This document shows, piece after piece, positions 17,960 through 27,697 of a stretch of DNA of 64,000 bases (its first letter is position 1; every line of letters begins with the position of its first letter). The stretch comes from a virus, in the IMG/VR virus record IMGVR_UViG_3300027985_000661, positions 1-64,000 of that record, one strand, 5' to 3'. Made by a program: the position numbers and the translations under genes. A model generated the notes under the pieces. The model searched no databases. It was not told where the DNA came from and was given only the letters and a program-made list of their open reading frames with translations.

Positions 17960-17992
17960 AGGGGCAGCCCGTTAATGCCCCTTTATTTATTT
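17960..17992 (+). terminator. Intrinsic terminator after MCP
   Basis: AGGGGCA-N9-TGCCCCT followed by ttatttattt. Confidence 0.75.
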
Positions 17993-18013
17993 AAAATCTT
18001 CTAACAAAAAGTT

Positions 18014-18760
18014 ATGGAAGTAAGAATTAGACATATTCGATCACAAGAGTGGTCTGGAATACATAAATACCCTAATTGTGCAGATGCTTTAGGATCTTAT
18101 TATACAAGATCCGGCAATAGATATACAGGGCTTACAAAAGAGGAAGCGACAGAACTAGGTGAAATTTTGGGTTTTGATTTAAGACCACAATCTAATTTTT
18201 GGGATACCTTTAGAATTAGAATAGGATCGGAAGACATTGTTTTAAATCCAGAAAAGGATGCGATGGATAAATTAAAATATTTATTTTTAAAAAGCCACAA
18301 AAGAGTAGCGGAATCCATAAGTAACCAAAAACCAGGAGCTTATTATTATATAAGTATAAAAGAACAAGAGGCTCAAAAAGCTAATGAGTATAGCCGTAAT
18401 AAACGTAAGGCATACAAAGAGTTTGATAAAATGAAGCCTGAAGACATTAAGAAATGTTTGAGGATTTATGGATATAAATCGGATAATGTTTCAGACGAGG
18501 TTGCTGAAGATAGGTTGATGACATTGTTAGAGCAGAACCCTGCTAGATTTTTTGAAAAGTGGGTAGATAACAAAAATAGAGCTTCAGAGTTCTTACTTGA
18601 AGATGCTGTAGCTAAAAATGTTATTCGCAGAAATAAAGGAATGCATACATACGGTACAACTACTTTAGGTAATACAAAAGAATTTGCAATTGCATTTTTA
18701 GATAGTCCTGAAAATTCAGAAATTAAAGCAGCTATTATAAACGATACAAACGTTAAGTAA
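18014..18760 (+). CDS. Conserved crAss-like protein downstream of MCP
   Basis: 248 aa in the conserved position after MCP. Confidence 0.7.
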   Translation: MEVRIRHIRSQEWSGIHKYPNCADALGSYYTRSGNRYTGLTKEEATELGEILGFDLRPQSNFWDTFRIRIGSEDIVLNPEKDAMDKLKYLFLKSHKRVAESISNQKPGAYYYISIKEQEAQKANEYSRNKRKAYKEFDKMKPEDIKKCLRIYGYKSDNVSDEVAEDRLMTLLEQNPARFFEKWVDNKNRASEFLLEDAVAKNVIRRNKGMHTYGTTTLGNTKEFAIAFLDSPENSEIKAAIINDTNVK

Positions 18761-19356
18761 TGACTGTTTTACAGATGCATGATTTGTTAGATAAAAAGCT
18801 GGGAGAATATCCTGGCTTTGAATCTTACGAGTGGAATTTAGATATAGACGATAAAGACCATTGGCTTACTCAGGCACAGAGAATGTATACTGAACAATTA
18901 TTTAAAGTTGATAAAACTCAACTTAATGGCCTTGTCGAGTATAAAGAAGTGGGTTTAGAAACTAACTTTAGAAATAACAGAAACGCCTTTATTTTTCCTG
19001 CTAATTCTGATACTTACGTTGGGGTATTGGATATTAAAGTAGGTGATAAAAAAATACAGGAAGTATTATTACATTCTATTATTGAAATTTTACGTAAAGA
19101 GGATCCTTATTTACCATCTCCTTATTATGCTACGGACAGAAATAAGGTAATAGTAGCTAAAGATCCATATAGTAAAATAAATAAAATTGAAATAGGGTAT
19201 ATTAAATATCCTTTAAAGTTAAGATCGTTTAAAGAAACTTTAGAAGATACAGACATGTGCCAATTACCTGAAAGGTATCATATAGAGATAGTCAGATTGG
19301 CAGTTAAATTAATAATAGAGATGTTAGAATCTCGTAAAATAAGTATAATACTATGA
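18760..19356 (+). CDS. Tail ring/adaptor protein paralogue 1
   Basis: MTVLQMH...D.WLTQAQ...YIKYP...CQLPERYHIEIV.LAV. Confidence 0.75.
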   Translation: MTVLQMHDLLDKKLGEYPGFESYEWNLDIDDKDHWLTQAQRMYTEQLFKVDKTQLNGLVEYKEVGLETNFRNNRNAFIFPANSDTYVGVLDIKVGDKKIQEVLLHSIIEILRKEDPYLPSPYYATDRNKVIVAKDPYSKINKIEIGYIKYPLKLRSFKETLEDTDMCQLPERYHIEIVRLAVKLIIEMLESRKISIIL

Positions 19357-20081
19357 CAGTATTAGAAATGCATGAAGCTATAAGACTTCAATTAGATAAG
19401 ACTAATAACTTCGCTGCTCCTGATTTTCTAGATGAAGAATTAGACTATTGGCTTAATGAGGCTCAGTTAGAACTCATAAAGCAAAAGATGTTCGGCAATA
19501 ACTATCGAAAAGAAGATTTCGATATGGGCACAAAAAGAGCGGACGACTTAAGTATATTAATGAGGTATTCAAATGAATTAACTTATAATGTAGCTAATGG
19601 ATCTCCTTATTTTAGGCCACATGCTTACCATCCAAATGTTGCAGTAGTAAATATAGTAGAAGATACTATGCCGGAGTACTTATTTTATATAGGAGCTGAC
19701 TTTTTAGTTACAGATCCTAATGCCCCCAATCCTACTGTAAAGCCAATGGAAACTACAGTAATAGAGCAAAAACATATAGGTAAATTAGTAGAAACTCCTT
19801 ATAATAAACCCTTTTTAAAAAATGGGTATGTTTATTTAAAAGAAGGAGAAGTGAATGTTATTTACGACCCCTACTCTACTCCAATATCTATATATGTATC
19901 CTATTTAAGAAAACCCGCTACTTTGACTAGCGGCATACCGGGGATAGGAGAATTGGGTACATCTGAATTGCCTGAACAAGTACATCCAGAAATAGTATCT
20001 TTAGCTGTAAAGTTACTTCTAGAGAATATAGAGTCGCCAAGACAACAAACAAATGAATTTGAATTAAGTAGAAAAGAATAA
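19353..20081 (+). CDS. Tail ring/adaptor protein paralogue 2
   Basis: MTVLEMH...LDYWLNEAQ...YLRKP...SELPEQVHPEIV.LAV. Confidence 0.8.
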   Translation: MTVLEMHEAIRLQLDKTNNFAAPDFLDEELDYWLNEAQLELIKQKMFGNNYRKEDFDMGTKRADDLSILMRYSNELTYNVANGSPYFRPHAYHPNVAVVNIVEDTMPEYLFYIGADFLVTDPNAPNPTVKPMETTVIEQKHIGKLVETPYNKPFLKNGYVYLKEGEVNVIYDPYSTPISIYVSYLRKPATLTSGIPGIGELGTSELPEQVHPEIVSLAVKLLLENIESPRQQTNEFELSRKE

Positions 20082-20083
20082 AC

Positions 20084-20776
20084 ATGACAGTACGTGAAAT
20101 GCAAATGGCTTTCGATACAAGAATTCAATTAGTATCTGAAAGAGAAGAGGTTATGGAAAAACCCGATTCATATACTATACTTCAATTCTTAAATAGAGCT
20201 CAAGAAAAATATATAAATGATAATTTTTTAAGTGAGGGTACTTTAAAGGAAAATATAGAGTTTATACAGAAAAGATCTGATATACTTAGAAATATTATAA
20301 AAAGGCATACTAATGTAGAAAGTCTTATTCCTATGTCCTCTACTGAAGTTGATGGCGGTATAGAAATGGAATTACCGTCAGATTATTTATATTATTTGAA
20401 ATCCTTTTCTTATGCAACTAACTCATTAGCCGGTATTTCAACTAAAACTTGGACTCCTAATAGAGTAGTTAACCATAGCGAATTAGATATGATTACTAAT
20501 GGGGTATTTAATACTCCTATACTTAGAAAGCCATGTGTAGTATTCGAAGAGGATGATAAAGCAATACTTTATAAAGATAGAGATACAGAAGTATATAATT
20601 TAAATTATATATACCTTAGAAAACCTTATGAAATGTCATTAGAGGCCACGGCCCCTAATACACCAGCAGGATTAACTAATGTATGTGATTTAGATAGTTA
20701 CACACATTTAGATATAGTAGAATTAGCTGTATCTATGTATATAAAAGATTACAAGTACAAATTAAGTCAGCAGTAA
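20084..20776 (+). CDS. Tail ring/adaptor protein paralogue 3
   Basis: MTVREMQ...FLNRAQ...YLRKP...CDLDSYTHLDIVELAV. Confidence 0.8.
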   Translation: MTVREMQMAFDTRIQLVSEREEVMEKPDSYTILQFLNRAQEKYINDNFLSEGTLKENIEFIQKRSDILRNIIKRHTNVESLIPMSSTEVDGGIEMELPSDYLYYLKSFSYATNSLAGISTKTWTPNRVVNHSELDMITNGVFNTPILRKPCVVFEEDDKAILYKDRDTEVYNLNYIYLRKPYEMSLEATAPNTPAGLTNVCDLDSYTHLDIVELAVSMYIKDYKYKLSQQ

Positions 20777-20782
20777 TAAGAT

Positions 20783-21469
20783 ATGACAGCTAGAGAAATG
20801 CAAAGCAGTTTTGAGTATAAAGCTAACCAATATGATTCAGAAGCAATAATGCATTCTCATCTTATTTTCCATTGGCTTAATGAAGCTCAAAATGAAATTG
20901 TAAAAAGTTTATTTGAGGGAGATACTAAAGATAAAATAGCCTTCGGGCAAACACAAAGAATAGTAGATGATTTAAGTATACTAGTTAAAGAATCAAAAAT
21001 TCCCACATCTTCTGGGTCTTCTTTGACTATAAAACCTAATTCTTTTGTAGCTACTTTGCCTGCTGATTATTACCATAAGGTAGGGGAATCGAGCACAATA
21101 GAGTTTACTAGTTTAAATGGGGGTAGTACTATAGTTAAAGTTCAGGGTGTAACTGAAAGTACATCTGATACTTTTAATAGTCAGTACAGTGATCCATATA
21201 GTGAACATAAGTTACACTATGAGACTGCTAAACCACTTAGATTATTTAAACAGAACTTTGTAGAATTGATCACAGATGGTAACTATAGTGTTACTTTTTA
21301 CCATTTGAGATACCTTAGATTGCCTGTTACAATAGGTTTAGATTTAAATGATTGCGAGTTGCCGGAACATCTTCATTATGAAGTTGTTAATTATGCTTTA
21401 AGTTTATATTTTAAATCTATAGGGGATAATAGATATCCTGCTTATAAACAGGATTTAAACCAAAATTAA
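20783..21469 (+). CDS. Tail ring/adaptor protein paralogue 4
   Basis: MTAREMQ...WLNEAQ...YLRLP...CELPEHLHYEVVNYAL. Confidence 0.8.
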   Translation: MTAREMQSSFEYKANQYDSEAIMHSHLIFHWLNEAQNEIVKSLFEGDTKDKIAFGQTQRIVDDLSILVKESKIPTSSGSSLTIKPNSFVATLPADYYHKVGESSTIEFTSLNGGSTIVKVQGVTESTSDTFNSQYSDPYSEHKLHYETAKPLRLFKQNFVELITDGNYSVTFYHLRYLRLPVTIGLDLNDCELPEHLHYEVVNYALSLYFKSIGDNRYPAYKQDLNQN

Positions 21470-21479
21470 ATAAAACACT

Positions 21480-22547
21480 ATGTTAAAAGGAGTAAATGAG
21501 ATATTAATCGGGAAGGATATTACCCGCACAGCAGCCCTAGTAGACGGCGCAGATGTGAAAACTATCCAAGAAAACATCGTAGAGGGAGAAGTTGTAGTTT
21601 TAAATAAAGACTTCGAAGTAGCTGCTGCCGCAATTACCTACTCTGACTCAGATGTTTTATATATAGCAGAAGGTTCTAGCGAAACTTTTGATTATGCTAA
21701 TGAGGCCGGTACTGCGTTTTCAGGTCGTAGACTTATCTTGTCTGCGCCTATTAATGGTAAGGGCGTTAAATTGTATAGTGGGAAAGCCTACAGCGCCAAG
21801 CCCGAACAAGTCACTACTATCCCTGCTATAAGCGATTCTATCGTTGCAGGTACTGAGTATGTTTTACGTTTAGTATATAAAGATATTCCTGAACACCCTG
21901 GTCAATTTACTCAAACTTATCGTTATGTAGCTAAATCTGGAGATACTTCTACAGATGTATTTGATGGATTACGTAAGCGTATTGTAAAACATACAGGTAG
22001 ATTAGCTATCTCTGGAAAAGGAGGTTCACGTGTAACTGCTAATGCTTTAGGTCAAGCTAGTTTAATCTTAACTGGTAAAGCCATTCCTGAGTGCACTACT
22101 TCAGTAAAAGATATAGATGAGTTAACTCAAGTATATTTTGAAGCCTACTTAAACTATGTTGATAGTAATGGCTTCTGGACAGAAGTTGGTCTTTCTACTG
22201 CTAAATCTACAGTAGCTCATGGTAGAGGAAATGGTACTTGGGAGGTTATTAGGGATGTTGAAAAACGCGCTAAGAGTTACAGAGGTATCGAGAATCGTAT
22301 TTGGTTCCCTGTATTTGAACCTGAATTCCGTACACTTAAAGGTGCAGAGTATGGTCAAATAGTTATCGAACACGATGCTGAATATCGTTCTTCTGACAAT
22401 CAGTACAATAAAGAAACTTCATTAACTACTGTTATCGCAGTAGCCAATGAAACTGGAACTAACCAGGGAGTGAATATCCAAACAAGATTGAATGCTTGGA
22501 TGACTTCATTACCTAAAAGTTTTGCTGCTATTGCAATATTCTCATAG
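21480..22547 (+). CDS. Abundant structural protein, likely auxiliary capsid protein
   Basis: 355 aa with MCP-like codon bias and its own terminator. The position after the ring genes matches crassvirus gene order. Confidence 0.65.
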   Translation: MLKGVNEILIGKDITRTAALVDGADVKTIQENIVEGEVVVLNKDFEVAAAAITYSDSDVLYIAEGSSETFDYANEAGTAFSGRRLILSAPINGKGVKLYSGKAYSAKPEQVTTIPAISDSIVAGTEYVLRLVYKDIPEHPGQFTQTYRYVAKSGDTSTDVFDGLRKRIVKHTGRLAISGKGGSRVTANALGQASLILTGKAIPECTTSVKDIDELTQVYFEAYLNYVDSNGFWTEVGLSTAKSTVAHGRGNGTWEVIRDVEKRAKSYRGIENRIWFPVFEPEFRTLKGAEYGQIVIEHDAEYRSSDNQYNKETSLTTVIAVANETGTNQGVNIQTRLNAWMTSLPKSFAAIAIFS

Positions 22548-22567
22548 TCTATAGTTATAGATAATAC

Positions 22568-22602
22568 AAGGGCGGTCGAGTAAAATCGTCCGTCCTTTTT
22601 TT
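22568..22602 (+). terminator. Intrinsic terminator
   Basis: AAGGGCGGTCGA-gtaaaa-TCGTCCGTCCTT followed by a T-run. Confidence 0.8.
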
Positions 22603-22628
22603 GTTTAATAAAATAAATAAATACTAAT

Positions 22629-25600
22629 ATGGCAACACCACCAGGAAATACAAATTTTATACCGGGTGATATACTTTCTGCAAGTCAATATAATACTACA
22701 AATAATGCAGTTAACAAACTAGCTATAGAAGATAATGAAAGGGTTGTTTTTCCAGGCAGTTTACCTCCGGCAGATATAGCTAATGGACATTGGGTAATAA
22801 CTGTAATGGGAGGAGATTATTCTAATTTCCCTGACATATCTCCTTATGAGATTACATCCCCTTCTGTATTGCAATACAACTCCTCTACTTTAAAATGGAC
22901 AAGTTATCCTTTAGCACCTAGTACATCAGGTAGAACAGTCTCGGTATGGGATAATAGTATAACATATAATATAAATGACTACGTTACTTATAAAAACGCC
23001 TTTTCTTCTTCTGAAGTATATAAAATAGAATATTTATATAGATGCAAGGAATCGTCTTCTATTACAGAATCTCCAGAAAGTACTCCTTCTAAATGGGAAA
23101 GAGTGGGGCAATTCTATGATTCTTCTACATTAAGTAGTCACATAGATAATACAGAAAATCCCCATAATGTAACAAAAACCCAATTAGGTTTAGATCAAGT
23201 AGATAATACAAGTGACTTAAATAAACCTATATCATCATCTACTCAAATTGCTTTGAATACCAAAACAAATAATGTAGATTTTACAGGGCATACTTTTAAT
23301 TCAAATAATCCGCATTCGGTTACTAAAGTGCAACTTGGGTTAAGTCAGGTAGATAATACTACAGATCTTGATAAGCCTATATCTACAGCTACACAAGCGG
23401 CAATTAACTTGAAGGCAAATGCAATTGATTTTAATAACCACGTTGTTACTTCTAGTATACACTTTACAGAAGGTGATATAGACCATGTGAATATTAAAAA
23501 TAAAGGTGTGCTTACACATAACCAAATAGATTCACATATACTTAGTAATTCTATACACTTTACAGAAGGGGCTATAAATCATGCCAATATAACTAATATT
23601 GGAACTAATTCCCATTCTCAGATAGATACTCACATTTCAAATAGCACAGTACATTTTACAGAGGGTTCTATAAATCACCTTAATATATCTAATAAAGGTA
23701 CAAATACCCATGCTCAAATAGACACACACATTGCAGATGCTACGAAGCACTTTACTGAGAGTTCTATAGATCATACAAATATAACAAATATAGGAACTAA
23801 TACCCATGCGCAAATAGATTCTCATATATCTAATACAAGTAACCCCCATTCTGTAGATAAAACAGATGTAGGACTTGCAAATGTGGATAATACATCTGAT
23901 CTAGATAAACCTATTTCTACGGCTACGCAAACAGCTTTAGATTCTAAATTAGATATTGAATCAGATTATTTAGATTTTGACAATGCCGTAGTTAATCCTT
24001 TATATAAAGAAGGAAGAGTATTTTACGATAATACTAAAAAGGCAGTATCCTACTATAATGATAAATCAGAATTAACTGTAAATTTAGGACAGGAAGTTTT
24101 ATTTAAAGTAGAAAACCAAACAGGTGGGTTTATACCTAATGGTACTGTTATATGTCCTGATATTACTACTGTTATAAGTTTAGCAGATGCTTATTTTAAA
24201 GATAAGTCTAGAATTGTAGCAGTAACTACACAAGATATAGACAATGGGGATACAGGTTATGCTACTAAATTAGGACAAGTTGGAGGATTAAATACATCTG
24301 CTTATGTAGAAGGTGAGATATTATACCTTGGTACGGACGGTCAGTTTACAAATACTACTCCTATAGGTGGTGGGTATATTGTAGTAATCGGTGTAGTAGA
24401 TGTGGTGGATGCTACCGAAGGGATTATTACTGTAGATACTAAATCTAGTGATTTGACAGTAGAAGTAACCGATACTAATGGGTTTCCAACAGACCAAAGA
24501 ACTAATACCACTTTATCTTTTGTAGAAGGAACTAGGACATTTACAATAGCTCCTGTAGGCGTTTCATTTCATTATTATCAATTTGGTGATAAATTTTTAA
24601 AGACATCTTCGGATAGTATAGTTATTACAGATGTTACAGGAGGGCATTTAATTTATTACGACGGTTATACACTGTCTGAGATAGCCAATCCTACAGAGGC
24701 CCAAGCTAAAGATATTATATTAAATAAAGTAATAGTATCTTATGTATATTGGAATTCCACTACAGCGCAGGCTGTATTAGTATGGGATGAAAGACACGGT
24801 ATAAATATGTCACCTACTGTCCATGAATATCTGCACTCTACAAGGGGATCGCAATTTGTAAGTGGGCTAGCCTTAAATGGTATAATTATAGATAATGGAT
24901 CTTTAGATTCACATGCTCAATTTGGTAACGTATCGGGTAGTACTAGAGATGAGGATATAGATTTTGAAATAACCTCTACTGCTAGTACAATAGGGTATGA
25001 ATATTTATATAGAAGTGGTGCATCAGGTTATTGGGTAAAAGCATCAAGGTCTGGATTTTCATTTCCTATAGGAGCTACCCCATTGCCGCAATATAATCAA
25101 TATACCGGAGCAACTTATCAATTGACTGAAGTTACAAGTGGTAATTTTATGTTAATACATGTATTTGGTAGTAATAATGTTAATCTTAAACCTTTAGTTA
25201 TAATAGGGGATTCCCAATATACTTCAGTAGCTGCTGCTACTACCGGGGCTAATGATGAGGTATCTAGAATACTAACTACCTTGCCTTTGCCTGAGTTCGT
25301 ACCTATTGGGTCAATTATATTAGAAGGTAAAACAAATTTTACTAACTCCCAAAATACTAGGATTGTACAAACTAGTTTTGCGGAGGACTATAAAGATTGG
25401 AGAACTACAGAATTATCTTCTGGGGCAGCTCCAACAAATCATAATAATCTTTCAGGATTGCAAGTAGCTAATACAGGAGTAAATTGGGGACACGTAGACA
25501 ATAACTACCCTTTACAACTTCCTAGTCTAACTACTACAGAGCGGGATGCCGTTGTTGCACCTAATGCTGGAATGATAATATACAACTCAACAACCGGAAC

Positions 25601-25637
25601 TTTTCAAGGATACACTACTTCTTGGGGGGATATTTAA
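22629..25637 (+). CDS. Fibre protein with NPH.VTK.QLGL..VDNTSD..KPIS repeats and His-rich 32-aa repeats
   Basis: Three fibre-shaft repeats and four HFTE repeats; C-terminal LTTTERDA...GMIIYNST motif. Confidence 0.8.
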   Translation: MATPPGNTNFIPGDILSASQYNTTNNAVNKLAIEDNERVVFPGSLPPADIANGHWVITVMGGDYSNFPDISPYEITSPSVLQYNSSTLKWTSYPLAPSTSGRTVSVWDNSITYNINDYVTYKNAFSSSEVYKIEYLYRCKESSSITESPESTPSKWERVGQFYDSSTLSSHIDNTENPHNVTKTQLGLDQVDNTSDLNKPISSSTQIALNTKTNNVDFTGHTFNSNNPHSVTKVQLGLSQVDNTTDLDKPISTATQAAINLKANAIDFNNHVVTSSIHFTEGDIDHVNIKNKGVLTHNQIDSHILSNSIHFTEGAINHANITNIGTNSHSQIDTHISNSTVHFTEGSINHLNISNKGTNTHAQIDTHIADATKHFTESSIDHTNITNIGTNTHAQIDSHISNTSNPHSVDKTDVGLANVDNTSDLDKPISTATQTALDSKLDIESDYLDFDNAVVNPLYKEGRVFYDNTKKAVSYYNDKSELTVNLGQEVLFKVENQTGGFIPNGTVICPDITTVISLADAYFKDKSRIVAVTTQDIDNGDTGYATKLGQVGGLNTSAYVEGEILYLGTDGQFTNTTPIGGGYIVVIGVVDVVDATEGIITVDTKSSDLTVEVTDTNGFPTDQRTNTTLSFVEGTRTFTIAPVGVSFHYYQFGDKFLKTSSDSIVITDVTGGHLIYYDGYTLSEIANPTEAQAKDIILNKVIVSYVYWNSTTAQAVLVWDERHGINMSPTVHEYLHSTRGSQFVSGLALNGIIIDNGSLDSHAQFGNVSGSTRDEDIDFEITSTASTIGYEYLYRSGASGYWVKASRSGFSFPIGATPLPQYNQYTGATYQLTEVTSGNFMLIHVFGSNNVNLKPLVIIGDSQYTSVAAATTGANDEVSRILTTLPLPEFVPIGSIILEGKTNFTNSQNTRIVQTSFAEDYKDWRTTELSSGAAPTNHNNLSGLQVANTGVNWGHVDNNYPLQLPSLTTTERDAVVAPNAGMIIYNSTTGTFQGYTTSWGDI
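23460..23843 (+). repeat. Four 96-bp coding repeats (HFTE..I.H.NI.N.G...H.QID.HI)
   Basis: His codons of HFTE at 23460, 23556, 23652 and 23748. Confidence 0.9.
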
Positions 25638-25647
25638 TATTTAAGAT

Positions 25648-26028
25648 ATGTCTATAAATAAAGATGAAACTTTAGAAAAATTGAAAGAAGAAAATTTAGA
25701 GCTCAAATTAAATTCTATTAGGGAAGAAATAAATTCATTAAAGAAGGATTTATATTCCAAATTAGATTTAATTTTAGAGCAAACTGGTAAAACAAATGGT
25801 AGTGTAGCCCGGACAATGGAGAAAATCATTACTATTGAAAAACAAGATACCCTTACTAAACTAGAAGAATTAAAAACAAGATTAGATCAACAAGTAAATG
25901 ATACTAAATTTTGGACTATTATCTCTACTAATAAATGGGTAACTGTAATGGCATCTATTTCATTATATGCATTGACTTATACAGAATTTAGAACTTTGGT
26001 TGGTAACGTATTTAAATTAATATTCTAA
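25648..26028 (+). CDS. Coiled-coil plus C-terminal TM protein (holin-like or lysis accessory)
   Basis: Hydrophobic C-terminus; coupled to the endolysin gene. Confidence 0.5.
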   Translation: MSINKDETLEKLKEENLELKLNSIREEINSLKKDLYSKLDLILEQTGKTNGSVARTMEKIITIEKQDTLTKLEELKTRLDQQVNDTKFWTIISTNKWVTVMASISLYALTYTEFRTLVGNVFKLIF

Positions 26029-26510
26029 TGGATAATGTAAGTAAATATATATCATATAAAGAAGCTACTAATTCGGAAACTGCTAAACGTAGGGGTATTT
26101 CTAATATTCCTACACAAGCTCAGTTGGAAAATATGAAGTTAGTAGGGGTAAATGTATTCGATAAAATTAGAGAGCATTTTAATACTCCTATATTTGTATC
26201 AAGTATGTTCCGTTCAGAAGAATTAAATAAGGCTATAGGAGGCTCTAAAACGAGCCAGCATTGCGCTAATAATGGGGCTGCTATAGATATAGATGCCGAC
26301 AGATATGGTATGGTAACAAATAAAGAGATCTTTTCGTATATATTAAATAACCTTGAATTTGATCAATTAATATGGGAATTCGGAAATGAGGACAATCCTG
26401 CTTGGGTACACGTGTCTTATAAAGAAAAGTATAATAGAAATCAAATATTGATTGCGTTTAAAGACGAAAGTGGAAAAACAAAATATAAAGAATATATAAA
26501 TTTTAAATAA
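26028..26510 (+). CDS. Peptidase M15-family endolysin
   Basis: SSMFRS..LN.AIGGS..SQH...GAAIDI...FDQLIWEF...WVHVSY. Confidence 0.9.
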   Translation: MDNVSKYISYKEATNSETAKRRGISNIPTQAQLENMKLVGVNVFDKIREHFNTPIFVSSMFRSEELNKAIGGSKTSQHCANNGAAIDIDADRYGMVTNKEIFSYILNNLEFDQLIWEFGNEDNPAWVHVSYKEKYNRNQILIAFKDESGKTKYKEYINFK

Positions 26511-26511
26511 A

Positions 26512-27483
26512 ATGGCAACATTCGGTGAAATTATAAATTTACAACCTTATATATTAAATTGGCTTGTAAATGGAGATAATGCAGATTTAGCAGAAAGAAA
26601 GGTATCAAGTGAGAAATTGGTAGGGAATGGGTTTAAAAAAGTTACATATGAAGGTATATATACAGATTTTTTAAATAGATTTTTAAAACCAGAATCTTTA
26701 ACTACTGATGTATACCCAGATAGAAAACCTTATTTTACTAATATAAATAAAGGTAAATTATTATCTTCTTTAATAGAGTATAAACGCAGATGGAATATTA
26801 ATGAGGACTCTGCTACTTTAAAAATAGATTACGTAGGGTTTAAAGGTAAATATTTAGTAATTAAAACTACAGAATCTATAACAAAACCATTACCAGCCGC
26901 TGCATTTTTTAATGGGACTAGCTCATTTTTAGCTATTGAACCTTATGATTTATCAGCTGCTGCAACTTTTACCTCTAATGCTGATATAGAACTTGAAGTT
27001 AGGGCTACTACAGATATGGGGTCTTCTGCTCAAGATTCTACATTATTTTTTATACAAGTTATAGGCCCTACTTATATTATTTTAGATGGCGGTGTTTCTA
27101 AACTTAATATAAATGCTTTTGGGAATACTACTATTAGTTTAACTGAGGATTTATTTGATAGTGAATGGCATTCTATAAAATTATCTATTCCTTTAAGCCC
27201 GGCCGTTACTACTAAATTAACTGTAGATGGCAACGAATATGATACTGGAATTGTAGGTACAGGGGCTCCTAATTGGGGGTCATTTTGGGGAGCGACTTCA
27301 TACATACATTGGGGAGCAGGTTATGTATCTCCGGGCGTAGCTAATAATTTTTATGAGGGCTGGCTAAGAAACTTAAAAATGACTATTCAAGGTACTGAAT
27401 TTATTAATATTGCTGACCCTTCTACAGGTACTAATACAGGAACTGCTGCTGATGCTTCTGTAACAGATGTAATCACACAATAA
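26512..27483 (+). CDS. Structural protein with C-terminal LamG/concanavalin-like domain
   Basis: FNGTSSF...DSEWHSI...LTVDG...FYEGWLRNL. Confidence 0.6.
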   Translation: MATFGEIINLQPYILNWLVNGDNADLAERKVSSEKLVGNGFKKVTYEGIYTDFLNRFLKPESLTTDVYPDRKPYFTNINKGKLLSSLIEYKRRWNINEDSATLKIDYVGFKGKYLVIKTTESITKPLPAAAFFNGTSSFLAIEPYDLSAAATFTSNADIELEVRATTDMGSSAQDSTLFFIQVIGPTYIILDGGVSKLNINAFGNTTISLTEDLFDSEWHSIKLSIPLSPAVTTKLTVDGNEYDTGIVGTGAPNWGSFWGATSYIHWGAGYVSPGVANNFYEGWLRNLKMTIQGTEFINIADPSTGTNTGTAADASVTDVITQ

Positions 27484-27487
27484 TATT

Positions 27488-27697
27488 ATGAAATCTAATA
27501 GTAAAAAATTAGCCTATTTACTAGTAGGGGTAACTTCTATCCTTACTAGTTTTGCTATTTATAAAAGTTTAGAAGGTATAGGTACTGCTATATGGTCGAC
27601 TGGTATACCAAGTGCAATAGCCTTATATGCTAATAAACAATTCCAAGATAGGAAATGGGGAGAAATAAATAAAGATAATAAAAATGGCAATAGTTAA
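27488..27697 (+). CDS. Small membrane protein (holin candidate)
   Basis: Two hydrophobic segments and a charged tail. Confidence 0.45.
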   Translation: MKSNSKKLAYLLVGVTSILTSFAIYKSLEGIGTAIWSTGIPSAIALYANKQFQDRKWGEINKDNKNGNS

